The notes under the pieces: generated by a model
The model's input: only the letters and a program-made list of their open reading frames with translations
The model's database searches: none
What the model was told of the DNA's origin: nothing
Shown: positions 37,607 to 48,630 of the stretch, piece after piece
Position numbering within the stretch: the stretch's first letter is position 1
Layout of the letters: every line of letters begins with the position of its first letter
DNA from: Paecilomyces variotii
Lineage: Eukaryota
Assembly (NCBI GenBank): GCA_004022145.1
Contig: RCNU01000004.1
Strand: one strand, 5' to 3'
DNA: 64,000 bases
Position numbers and translations under genes: made by a program

Positions 37607-38704
37607 TCACGCCTGAACCGCAGCCGCCTCAAAATCTTTGCTAAACTTGTAATCGATATAGCCCTCCGGTGTCTGACCGTAAAAGGTTGATGGGTCAGGC
37701 GGCGCGAAGGGAATTCCCTGCTTCACCCGAAAAGCCAAGTCTGGATTCGAAATAAACGGACGTCCAAAGGCAACAACCACGTCACGATCTTTATACTCCC
37801 CTGCGAGTGCCTGCGCGGCGGATTCACCATTGTAGTTGCCAGCGACAATGACTGGGCTCGCGTTGCGGTAGGCGTCAAGCAGCCAAAGCAAATCCTCGCC
37901 TTGGGCCTTTGCATCGGACTCACAGGCGTGCAAATAAGCAAGCTTGAGCTCCGCCAACTTCTTTACAACGTCTATAAACTGGGAGGTCGGATCGTCCATA
38001 CGCATGCCTTGGTAGCGACTCCATGGGCTAAGTCGAATGGCTGTGCGATCATGGCCGATGGCGTCTGCCACGGCCCTGGTTGCTTCAACGGCGAACTTGG
38101 ATCGCTTTTCAATGCTTCCTCCCCAATTATCCACACGTTTATTCGAGACATCCTGGATGAATTGGTCGACGAGATATCCATTCGCTCCGTGAATTTCCAC
38201 ACCGTCAAATCCAGCACGAATGGCATTTTTAGCCGCAGCAGCGAAATCGGCGATAGCATCCTGGATCTCTCCCTCAGTTAAGGGTCTGGGGTTGTGCATT
38301 TCGTCGGTATAGGGGCTCTTCATGGGCACGTCGCTGCTGGAGACCAGGTCAAGCCCTTGTTGTTGGAGAAATCCTGGGTTGGCTGCGCGACCAAGAGCCC
38401 ACAGTTGGAGATATATGTAGGACCCTTTCTCGTGAACTGCCTTGGTAACTTCTTGCCAGGCAGCCAGGTGTGCATCTGAGTAGATTCCAGGGACATTGGG
38501 ATATCCACCGTGTCGAGGACTGATCACGGTTCCTTCTGTAACTAGTAAGGTGCCTGGGATGGCGGCACGTTGCTGGTAGAACTCCTTGACGATAGGTAGG
38601 GGGATATGATTGGCATCAGCACGCAGACGAGTCATTGGAGCCATGGCGATACGCTGTTGAAGCGCCATGCGTCCAACTCTGAGGGAGTCAAATAAAGGAG
38701 ACAT
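37607..38704 (-). CDS. NADH:flavin oxidoreductase / old yellow enzyme
   Basis: IAMAPMTRLRA, LQLWALGRAA, AGFDGVEIHGANGYLVDQF, AIRLSPWS, AFGRPFISNPDL; no introns; start MSPLF. Confidence 0.93.
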   Translation of the reverse strand: MSPLFDSLRVGRMALQQRIAMAPMTRLRADANHIPLPIVKEFYQQRAAIPGTLLVTEGTVISPRHGGYPNVPGIYSDAHLAAWQEVTKAVHEKGSYIYLQLWALGRAANPGFLQQQGLDLVSSSDVPMKSPYTDEMHNPRPLTEGEIQDAIADFAAAAKNAIRAGFDGVEIHGANGYLVDQFIQDVSNKRVDNWGGSIEKRSKFAVEATRAVADAIGHDRTAIRLSPWSRYQGMRMDDPTSQFIDVVKKLAELKLAYLHACESDAKAQGEDLLWLLDAYRNASPVIVAGNYNGESAAQALAGEYKDRDVVVAFGRPFISNPDLAFRVKQGIPFAPPDPSTFYGQTPEGYIDYKFSKDFEAAAVQA

Positions 38705-39446
38705 GGTTGCGGTAGGTTTCTTCACTTCATGAACCTGTGTATTTTCCCAGGTGGACACAAATCGGAGACACCTTGGGACACTTATACAGGCATGTAACCC
38801 TCGAGGAGATGGACATCGGGACAATTTTTTCCGTGTATCACTTTGTGCAAGCTCCTTTCCTCCATCAGTATAGATCGGGTATTATTTTCTTTCCGTGTTT
38901 GTCAGCATCGGCGTTCGGACAACCGAGCAATGCGAGTAACAATAATAATAGAGTCGGTGATAGCAACAGAATACTCTCTACTATTGCTCTGATTGGTCCA
39001 CCATTCTATTATTTGTCTCAATAACCAGATATGTAATAATATATAGTGTGCTCTGTGCTCTGTGACAGGATTCCAGACCGCCGTTCTGTGACAAGTGCTC
39101 TAAGTGCTCCTTTGTATTTTCTAGCAAGAGAGGATGAAAGGCCTTGGGCAATCCGATTACCCGCTCCTGACACCCCTGTGGACGAACAGAGACTCCATAG
39201 AAGATATTATTGCCCAGGAAACCCAGAGGAATAATGTAGAGAATTAAAAAAGTAAGTGTGACAATCATACAAGTCGTTCTAAGATGGTGCGCTCCTGCGG
39301 CAGTTCCCCTTGTGATACATCTTGTTGGTATTATTGTGGTCTTATCTCTCAGTCTCCAGATAATTAACGCGGTGTACCACGGAGTGAACACAAAATAACT
39401 AGTCCATATTCATTCAATGTAAAGAGACTGAATGGCGTCGCAGCTC

Positions 39447-42400
39447 TCAACTCACTGCCCATGAACCAGCCACACCCATAGGGCTCCCTAAGGCCGCAGC
39501 CTCCTGCCGAAAAGCGCTTAGAACACGGTCTATATTTGACGCAAACGGAACGATTCTTCGTCCTTCCGACGTATTTATATATAGACTGCCATGCTGCACG
39601 TAACAGCTGAACTGCTCGTCAAAGCTTCGTTCGATCCATGCCCCATATAACAACCGCAGAACTTCTGTACCAAAACCCGGAAAATTGTCGTAGAAATAAT
39701 CATAGCTCATCAACATACGCACGATCCTTAGACGTACCAAATGAGGGATGTGGGGAAGTCTGTCGACTATCATTTGTAGAATAGGCACCGGCAGGTCAGC
39801 TCGGTTGACTATAGTATCAACAACAGAAGACCTCGGGTGTAGCCAAGTATCTTCCAGTCGGGATACCACAGCCCGGAGGATGTGCTCTGGCAAAGTGGTT
39901 TGATTTCGTAAGACATCAGCTGCATGTCGCCTTACGTCACTGTCACTATCCTCTAGTCGGGAGGTCACCAGTGGAAGAACGTGCTGCGGCAAAGTAGTCT
40001 CGCGGGCTAGCACAAGCGTTGCATATTTCCTGTCATGTTGGTCAACGGCCCCTAGCAAGGATAAAGTATGCCGAAGGATATCCGCCTGCAGAACGCACGT
40101 TCTGCTGCACAAGGTGTAAATAATATCATCTCTGGAGTCCGGATCGATCTTCGTCAACTTGGATACTTGAGATATGACATCCTGCAGAACATTATCCCGT
40201 AAAGTTAGGCCACGTAGGGTATACTGTGCATCGTATCTGACATCTTCATCAGGATCCTCCAGCTTGGATACAACTTCTCTGACTACATCGCCTGGCAGCG
40301 GGGTTCTCCGATTGTTAAGGACCCAAAGAACAGCCTTTTTCAGTCGCGTGTCGGTATCGCGGAGTAAGCATGTTATTTCCCGAAGAATAGAGTCTGAAAA
40401 GATGGGTTTTCTCGCTAGGCCCCAAAGTGCAGCTTCTCTTGTGTCCACATTTTCGTTGGTATCTCGACAGTAAGATACCAGTATTCGAGTCAAATCGTCG
40501 GACAATAATCTGATACCCACTGCATGTAATACCGACGTCCTGACATCCTGAACAGGGTCTTTTATCCGTAACAACACATTTAGAAAGACATTGTCCGGCA
40601 GATCTTGGTCCCTTAGGATTTCAGCCGCACTTATTCGTGTATCTGGATTGATATCCTGCAGTCGACATATTAATTTTTGCAATATATGCTCTGGCAAGCA
40701 TTGATTGCTTAAAATTCGAAGCGCAAGTTGTTTTCTGTCAGCATCTGCGTCGTCTAGCTGAGACATAAGCACCTGGAGCACACGATCTGGCAATCTTTGC
40801 TTGGATAGAGCGCGTGCCGCTGACTCTCGGGTACCCGTGCTAGCATCATCCAGCTTGTGCAGAATTTCCTGGACGATATGTTCTTGTAAGGTTCTCTGGC
40901 TCAAAGCAACACTTGCATGTTCTCTGATAGTTGCCTCGGGAGCATGAAGCCGGGTCAGTATTACTGGGAGGATATGTTCCGGTAGCACTGTGTCTCTGTT
41001 TCCGAGTGCATAAAGTGCCGCTGATGTCAAAACTCCCGGAGTGCCATTTTCAAGAAAGGACAACACCCTGTTCAAAATGAGAGGCGAAATCCGTGCTCGA
41101 TCTCTCAAAACTTTCAAGATGTGCTCTTTGACGTCCTCGGCTCCTTCCTCCAGCATAGTATCCAGCAGATGATCAGGAAACTCCATTCCACGACAGAGTT
41201 CCATTTTCTTGTGGAGCTCGTATTCGAAAAACGCCCATTGTTTCAATTGATTTTCTATTTCTGTGCGGGTATCACCAAACGATGACATGGGAGGGACCTC
41301 ACTGAGACAGTGCATTAGAATCCGCTGATGTCCTGGGCCCAATAGGTCTGATGGCGCACTCCGCAGCATTTCAAAGAATGTGTGCAGTCGTTCTTCATCG
41401 TGGTCTTGGAGTAACCCAGACACAAAACGCCAAAAAATATCGTAGCGCCCGTCATACTTCTCCTGCTGAAGGAACATCTCCGGTGTGACATATGTCACAC
41501 GCTTTTGCTTTGCGAGGCTAAAATTGAAGCACAGTAGCTCTTTTCCATTTTTCCAGCAGCTCAGAAAATACTTCGCTGCGAAGTATTCCTGAAAGGTAAG
41601 ATGGAGAAAATGGTAAGACTTATCCTTCTCCCTGGCTGAGGAGTCCGCCGTGCGCAGGAAAGAGAGCCTCACTAGATTCCGCGATAAGAGCGGGGTGACA
41701 AGCTTGCAGTGCTTGTAAACCTCGTCTCGATGCTGGGCGTTGAATTCGATGATATCATTATATATCCCGGTGAAAGCCAAAGACTGCAGGAGCGTATCCT
41801 CTTCTTCGATTATCGACAGAATCTCTGCAGGGGATACGTAGGGCAGGTCAAATTCGGACAACGGACTATCCTTTGGTTTGCCCAGTTGCAGAATATCCTT
41901 TGTCCACAATTTCAGCTCGATCGCCTGATACAGCGCTGTCATTGTCTCTGGTGGACCTCGAAAAGAGAAATCACTGTCCCAACTGTAGCACAATGCATCG
42001 AGTTGGATTGGAATCTGGACCAACCCCTGAATAAGCCAATGGCTCTGAATAAATGACCGCATTTCTCGTGCCGTATCTTCGTCACCGACAACCTTGCTCA
42101 GATAACTGTCAACTTGGTCTGAATGGAACCCGACGGTTTCCAATTCCAGATCAAACGGTTCAAGGACGGGCAGATGTACAGCATGTGGCCGGGAAGTGAT
42201 GATGACGTTCTGTCGATTCAGCAAGTTTTTGAAGGTTTCAACCAGGTCAATTCCAGAAGAATTACGCTCCCCAGAAATCTCATCCAATCCATCGAGGATG
42301 AACAAGGTTCTACTATCGCCCTGGTCGCAGATAGTTTTCCATAATGCCGGGGCTAGGATATCGCGCTCACGGTGCATGGAGAAATATTCATCGTAGATGA

Positions 42401-44153
42401 ACTGCTGCAGCGTTGATCTCTCTTTGAGCTTTCTCAAAGGGACCCAAAGCACTCGGTCAAATTCGTCCTCCCACATTCTCTCATATATGAAGTCGTGGAC
42501 AATCCTTTTGCACAGTGTGGTTTTTCCTACTCCTGCACGTCCACGAATAAGAATCCTCCTGGGCCGAATCATGCTACCGTCTGACTTTTCTCTTTTTCTG
42601 AATAGATGCGGCAGGATAATTTCCGGTTTTATATCGGATTCCTTCACTTTGAGACGGCTGAAGAGTGTAAATGCTGAAGAGTTACTCTCCACATTGTCAC
42701 CGTATAGCTCCTTTGTGGACTCACTCCCTTCGTGTTCTATGATAGCAAGATTGATATAACAGTACGCCATATCGAGAAGGTCACCGGAGAGTCGTTTAAT
42801 ATCAAGCAGCCTGCGCTGAGTGTAATAATGTCGTATTCTGCTATCAGCATAGAACTGCTGAGCTTCATGGCATTGAAGCCAAGCACTTTCCAGCAACTTT
42901 GCTGACAGATGGTGTGTTTTTACCATCTCAGTAGGAAACCGACTCAGTCTTGATTCGTAGTCCTTGTTCTTCCAAATTCTCAATCTGTGTCGATTCTTGC
43001 AGAAGCTTTCTCTCCAACTGGATTGCTCCATAGTGCCTGCAACTAATTTGACCCAGTCCTGAGCGCGTCGCCAATTCGGCCTTATTTGTCGTATTAGACG
43101 CGCAGTCAACTGCAGGATCTGCTTCTGATCTGATCCATCGCCAGTCATCCAGGCCAGCTCGAGCTGAGCGAATAAGCCACAAAAGAACGACTCATCTTCT
43201 CGACAAGGCGACCTCTCAATAAAGACCGTAAGTACTTCGAATTCTTCGATCTCTATCAACAGTTCGGTATAGCGAAGGGCCGTATACCAGCGTTTCTGTT
43301 GACACAGGCTGATCATACCGTCGACGAGACTCTGTAGACTTCGGGACTGAGGTCCCCCCGGTGCCGCTTTGGCTATCTTCTTGACCAGAGATAGCAGTTC
43401 CATTAGGGCTGGAGTAGCACTAAGGAATTTCGTCACATCCATAGTCATAACAGCGGCGCTGATATTTGCTGTAGCGTTGATGATTGTACAGCTGTAGCGC
43501 CAAAGTGCTTCATAAGGACTTTCGTCGTCCGGAACACCCAGCAAGGCTTGATAAGCATAGCGGGCTGCTTGGGAAAGTCGAGGCTCTCGATGATTCTTCA
43601 GGGGCTCTAATTGCTTGAGAAGAGGTTCATGTAAACCTTCTCTGCTGAGACCAGAAACACGAATATCCACCATGGCATCCAGGACGACAGACAACATATA
43701 CACGAGCTGATACTGGGTCTCGATCTCAGCTCGTTTGACAGCATTTTCTAGCCTTGTTTGAAGACACTGTAGGACGGATCCGAGTTTTGCAGTTTCGGCC
43801 GATAGTGTACTCGGAGCTCGACGAAGGACATGGGCGAAACTAGTGAGGAGTGTTGATTCGAGTATATTCCCGTCATTTGTCCCTTGGATGATGACGTTTG
43901 AAAATGCTGCTAGAAGATCCACATATTCCTTCTCAGGAGCACACCAGGATAGATGGGCCGCTTCGAAAATATATGAGTTTTTAGGGTCATCTTGGAAGAT
44001 TTGGACCATGGCCTTTGCCCATGCTTCCAATGCCCTTCTCTCGTTAGAGCTAGTGGCAGGGCTCAATAGACGTCCAACGAGGTCGTCGGTCCTGGTAGGT
44101 CTCGACAGGTTCTCGTAAGATGGAGAAGAATGTCCACCTGCCATTTCATACAT
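39447..44153 (-). CDS. NLR-like STAND protein: N-terminal Arm-like helical domain + NACHT + ~13 HEAT-like repeats
   Basis: Single 4.7 kb ORF. Walker A GRAGVGKTT, Walker B LFILDGLDE, IITSRP, FLHLTFQEYFAA; C-terminal 32-35 aa repeats of the form LPEHIL..V..RLED....VR..A...L. Start codon uncertain (first ATG used). Confidence 0.9.
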   Translation of the reverse strand: MYEMAGGHSSPSYENLSRPTRTDDLVGRLLSPATSSNERRALEAWAKAMVQIFQDDPKNSYIFEAAHLSWCAPEKEYVDLLAAFSNVIIQGTNDGNILESTLLTSFAHVLRRAPSTLSAETAKLGSVLQCLQTRLENAVKRAEIETQYQLVYMLSVVLDAMVDIRVSGLSREGLHEPLLKQLEPLKNHREPRLSQAARYAYQALLGVPDDESPYEALWRYSCTIINATANISAAVMTMDVTKFLSATPALMELLSLVKKIAKAAPGGPQSRSLQSLVDGMISLCQQKRWYTALRYTELLIEIEEFEVLTVFIERSPCREDESFFCGLFAQLELAWMTGDGSDQKQILQLTARLIRQIRPNWRRAQDWVKLVAGTMEQSSWRESFCKNRHRLRIWKNKDYESRLSRFPTEMVKTHHLSAKLLESAWLQCHEAQQFYADSRIRHYYTQRRLLDIKRLSGDLLDMAYCYINLAIIEHEGSESTKELYGDNVESNSSAFTLFSRLKVKESDIKPEIILPHLFRKREKSDGSMIRPRRILIRGRAGVGKTTLCKRIVHDFIYERMWEDEFDRVLWVPLRKLKERSTLQQFIYDEYFSMHRERDILAPALWKTICDQGDSRTLFILDGLDEISGERNSSGIDLVETFKNLLNRQNVIITSRPHAVHLPVLEPFDLELETVGFHSDQVDSYLSKVVGDEDTAREMRSFIQSHWLIQGLVQIPIQLDALCYSWDSDFSFRGPPETMTALYQAIELKLWTKDILQLGKPKDSPLSEFDLPYVSPAEILSIIEEEDTLLQSLAFTGIYNDIIEFNAQHRDEVYKHCKLVTPLLSRNLVRLSFLRTADSSAREKDKSYHFLHLTFQEYFAAKYFLSCWKNGKELLCFNFSLAKQKRVTYVTPEMFLQQEKYDGRYDIFWRFVSGLLQDHDEERLHTFFEMLRSAPSDLLGPGHQRILMHCLSEVPPMSSFGDTRTEIENQLKQWAFFEYELHKKMELCRGMEFPDHLLDTMLEEGAEDVKEHILKVLRDRARISPLILNRVLSFLENGTPGVLTSAALYALGNRDTVLPEHILPVILTRLHAPEATIREHASVALSQRTLQEHIVQEILHKLDDASTGTRESAARALSKQRLPDRVLQVLMSQLDDADADRKQLALRILSNQCLPEHILQKLICRLQDINPDTRISAAEILRDQDLPDNVFLNVLLRIKDPVQDVRTSVLHAVGIRLLSDDLTRILVSYCRDTNENVDTREAALWGLARKPIFSDSILREITCLLRDTDTRLKKAVLWVLNNRRTPLPGDVVREVVSKLEDPDEDVRYDAQYTLRGLTLRDNVLQDVISQVSKLTKIDPDSRDDIIYTLCSRTCVLQADILRHTLSLLGAVDQHDRKYATLVLARETTLPQHVLPLVTSRLEDSDSDVRRHAADVLRNQTTLPEHILRAVVSRLEDTWLHPRSSVVDTIVNRADLPVPILQMIVDRLPHIPHLVRLRIVRMLMSYDYFYDNFPGFGTEVLRLLYGAWIERSFDEQFSCYVQHGSLYINTSEGRRIVPFASNIDRVLSAFRQEAAALGSPMGVAGSWAVS

Positions 44154-44825
44154 TAGTATTTCCCGAGTATAATAGAAAAAAGGATTCGTGATGAAGCTCA
44201 ATCACAGCAGAGAAATTCGACCTTTACAAACCTGACGCCCGACATTGCACATGTCATCTCTGGCTTACGTCGCTGTCACAGCCTCATGCAACCTGCCGTG
44301 TGAGGAAAAGAACGTCCTTTTGTAGGCGCTAAGATCATACAGCTGAGTGGTTGGTATCAGGGCGCTAGGAGGGTTTCCAATGATGAGGGCGCTTACAGAG
44401 TGTTCTTCATTGGCTAAACGATACAGATACAGGCAGCATATGCAGGGAACAAGAATAGATCTTTACTAGGTAGACTAAGTAGAAGAAAATGTTTCATGAT
44501 CTTGGAGGAAGTCATAGATGCGAGCCTCTTTAGGGGTTCAGTCGAGTTTGTACTGTAGTATTGTTTGCTCAAACCCTTTCTTGGTTAATGTACGGTCTGA
44601 GGCGCTGAGTACCTCAACAGGTGGCACAGAGCCTGCGTAGTTTTCCCGCTAGCAAACATTTCGGATTGAAGGGTTGGAATAGCCATATAGATGGCCTCTG
44701 TGATTACCGATTATACTTTGCCTGAGACTCTGAGAGGGGTTTATATGGTTGAGCTGCCGCTTTAGAACAATGGTCACTGCAAGAGAGCATGAGCTTTGCC
44801 GCATTACTATCAGTGAGACAGCCAG

Positions 44826-44829
<4 letters not shown>

Positions 44830-44887
<58 letters not shown>
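44830..44887 (+). repeat. Poly(A) tract, 58 nt
   Basis: Uninterrupted A run. Confidence 0.95.
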
Positions 44888-44888
<1 letters not shown>

Positions 44889-45948
44889 ATAAAATACAAA
44901 AAAGATATTAGTTATCGTGTACCGAGTATGTGCATATGGATCTAAGTATAACCCCCGAATTTTGGATCACTTCAATACTTTCGTCGCTTCGAAACACTTC
45001 TGGTCTGAGATCTGGAAAGCTCCAGAGTCCAAAGAACGGTTATCTAGATAATCTAGGTCCAAGCTCTCAGTGGTGTATACTTTGATAAAGCAGAGCACAG
45101 AGTTATTATTATTATCCCTAGAAGTTATCATGAGGCACTGATTGCTCTTTGCAGAATGCTAGTGGAAGAATAAAATAGTGCATAACTATTCTGAATCATA
45201 ACTTCCTCAGCATAGGGCTAGTGAGGTGGATAGACCACTATGGTATTTTTTGTCTCCTTTTCTTTTCTTTTCGCTGATTTTTTTTTTCTTCTGCCCCAGT
45301 TTAACCTTCCGAATGGATTTTAGTTATATAATGCGAGACCCATCCGAGTTCCACTTAGAAGTTAGTAATGCTGTACTCCGTACATAACTACTGCTCCATA
45401 TTCTGTTCCGGATGCAAATAAGCAGCTAGGATCGCCTCGATGGATCTACAGCGAAGTCGTATCGAAAGTACGGAGTATGAACTACGGACACCACATCCGT
45501 GCTCCATGGAGTAAAAAGCCTTGTCGATACGCGACCTCCAGTCTGACCGATCCAGAGGACTACAGGACGAGTCCTTCGCGGGCGGGTCGATCATCGGCTT
45601 CACGGCTGAGTACTCTGAAGATAATAGCAGCAGGGATTGACATTGACCGAGACACCGTGTACTCCGAAGAGCCCATGACGGTATGACCCATGAAACCCGT
45701 GCGATCGTCACGCACTTAAGAAATAAAAAACGTGAGCTCTGCTATGCAGGAGATTACTCGTATTCCGTCGATAAAAAAGCCCATGATGAATTATTGATTA
45801 ACTTAGGGTGGTTGCAGATCCGGCTGATCCCATCCCGTGCATTTGGATAGGAGGGTAAGTAGTGACGTATAACTAGATGGTGTTTTTTCTTTCCGAGTCT
45901 GCTGACAGTGTTAGAACTAACAGATCTTCCATGAAAGGTAAATAATAT

Positions 45949-45950
<2 letters not shown>

Positions 45951-45994
<44 letters not shown>
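45951..45994 (+). repeat. (TG)22 microsatellite
   Basis: Perfect dinucleotide run. Confidence 0.95.
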
Positions 45995-45995
<1 letters not shown>

Positions 45996-48630
45996 AATTT
46001 TCTGGTTTCTTTTGCTTGACCGGTGAGGATATGTAGATATAACCTGCGTAATTAGGTAGGTGGCTTGGGTATCAGATCGAGCACGCATTCCGGACAGCTC
46101 TGTAAACGGAATATCAAGAAGTTCAAGTTGCTTACAATGCTGTCAATTGTAAAAGAAGGTTGTCCCAATCGTGAGTCTTCCGTGGTTTGGGATAAGAGGT
46201 AAAACGATACCCGCGCGTTGCCAAGAAGGGGCTCCATGTCTGAGAAATAACCTTGTCGCATGTTAACTGTGGTTCATGATGCGTTTCGAGTCTTTTTTTT
46301 TTTCGTATCCTTTTCTTTTCCACGGGTTTCGCGACTGTGGTTCCTGTCCCGGTCATGCCGGCCGCCGAAAGCTCCACGGCGGATAACACTCCGATCCTTG
46401 TACTCCGTATATAGTTGTCAATATATTATGGTAAAGGGCAAAGTATCGAGAACAGAGTGACTGTTAACAACATCGACGAAGGATATTATTGGTTCAGCTG
46501 AAACGCGGAAGCTTACGAGTCGGGTGTCCATCTCTACGCGCGATGATGATATAGTAAGTTAATTACTCCGTACATCAAAAGATGATCAAAAGCGTTGCGT
46601 CTTACCGGCTCCACCTCCTCCGCCCGGGATGCGCGAAAAAAAAAAGGAAAAAGCTCATCGGAGGTTTGAAGTAGTAGTTAGTAGTTAACAGACCGCGTTC
46701 GAGGATGAGAATCCTTAGTGGCCCTTGCTCGCACGAACGTGCATTCTTTTTGCACCGTGTTCATTGCTCCGTATGGAGTATTAATCCATACTCGCAGATA
46801 ATTTTATGGAGCGAGTGATCAAACCAGCCACAGATCGATCAGAAGCTTCCCGCTCGAATCGCGCCGGCACCGTATAAGCCTGCCCATCCCCCTCGGTGTA
46901 CTCTGCACGGGAGTAGATCAACTGGTTATGCCGCCCTTTGTTAGGAAGATCAGTTACTGATCGCATGGGCCCTCTCTTTCTTCGACTTTCACGGATGACT
47001 GCGGACGACGACGCACGGACGAGCTGTGAAACATCGGCCGCTCGAACAACCGCGTGTTCCCTCTCTTAGTGCCCTTGTTATTGTTAGGTTCTTCTGGACC
47101 TTTTTTTTTTCTCTCTCGCAGGGACGGATGATGTTAGTCATGAGGACTCTGACTGCATGGAGAGCTGGCTGATAACTCGCATATCAAGAAGATGTGGCTG
47201 AGTTAGCGGGGACTGGGCGGCTAAGAGCAGACGAACGATCGTACCGTTGCGGGCAGCCAAGAGAGTCCAAGGAACCGAGACTATGATGGTCCATCGGCCT
47301 AGTTGACGGGTTTTCAATCTCTGCTACCTTTGGGTTCCTAGCGGCGGCTTTAGTAGGCCATCTTCCAGCGATGAGAGGCCGCCACGGTTCGATTCCACGT
47401 CTCATCGATGATCCAACCCGTCAAGACGATCAGCGGGTGCTTGGCGGCGTTGGACGTGCCGCAAGTCGTCGTAAGACATGCGCCGTTAAGGTTGCTAAAA
47501 TTGGGGATGGCAACTGGACTGGATGAGAGCGCTGGGGTAAAGAGTCTGGTGAAGTCCAGGGCGACCCGGTCCCCAGATGATGCTGAAGAGCCCGATCAAT
47601 GGCGGAGACGAGGACGACGCGCGGTGATACTATGCTTGGTGGAGAATTGAATTGATTTAGATAGTTATCTAGTGCGATCCAGAGGGGATGACGCCAGCTT
47701 CTCTCGTTCTCTTTCTCTTTTTCTCTTCTTCTGTGGCAGACGACGCATCGGTCAGTGTCAGCATTCGTTTGAGACATGCTCAGGGATCCGGAACAACACA
47801 CCCCAAGAAACATTCTTTTTTGACCCTTTGGGGTAAGCTATCGGGATTCACTATTCTCTCGGAGGGCGCGGGAGTCGCGGACCGTCAAGACTAGTCATCG
47901 TTCAGCAGTAGTATTAGTAGTGTAGTAGTTACTCTAGTTCTCAGGTAACAAATAGTAGCATCTCCGGTATTACCGGCTCTTGCTGGATATAGGTTAACCA
48001 CGGGAATACGCAGAGAGAACAGACAGACAAGACAGTCAGTCAGTCAGTACTCAGTAGGAACTAGTTCTTTTTGCCTCCCCGTTTCTTTCTCTCTCTCTTT
48101 CTTCTCCTCAGTCTGGTCAAACCACCAGCACCACCACCATCCCTCCTTCGTTTTCTTTTCTCTTATCGTTTCTTCTCTGGGCCGCACCAACTGCTCTGCC
48201 CTGTTCTCGGGGACGAAGATCATCGTGAACAAGCGTCCGTCAGCCTTCTAGAAGACCGACGTCATTATCTGCAGCACTTTCGCTTACTCTACATTCCTCC
48301 GGTTCTTCGCTTTCCGCTTCCAGCCCTTCCACTCGCTTGATCATAGTTCTGTCCATGGAACAGCCCAGATAGACGCCCTCATCGTCCCCAGAACGTCTCT
48401 CTGGCGCCAGTGGAGAAGACGGGTTAAGAACTCCCCTGCTCCCGGTAGTCATCTTCTCTCCTCGACCTCTTCTGTCCTCGGTATTCTCTGCTCCTCCCAG
48501 CCATTATCTGGCATCCGACCTCGTCGCTTTGGCTGTCCCCAGGCCGAAGATCGCTCCGGTTTACAGACTCCTCTCCTTCGAGTTGAACGGTCGAACAGGC
48601 TTCCCGTTCTGACACGGACGATCACCCGTC

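Noticed and set aside
39040-39240. Cys-containing stretch (CDR.../RPPFCDKCSKC) divergent from the OYE gene, reminiscent of a decayed Zn2Cys6 regulator
   Set aside because: The cysteines lie in different frames, the six-Cys spacing cannot be reconstructed, and stops follow.
44139-44245. Upstream mini-exon (ATGTCGGGCGTCAG) plus intron as the true NLR start
   Set aside because: Splice signals are plausible, but the exon phase does not match the NLR frame; the start is left at the first in-frame ATG.
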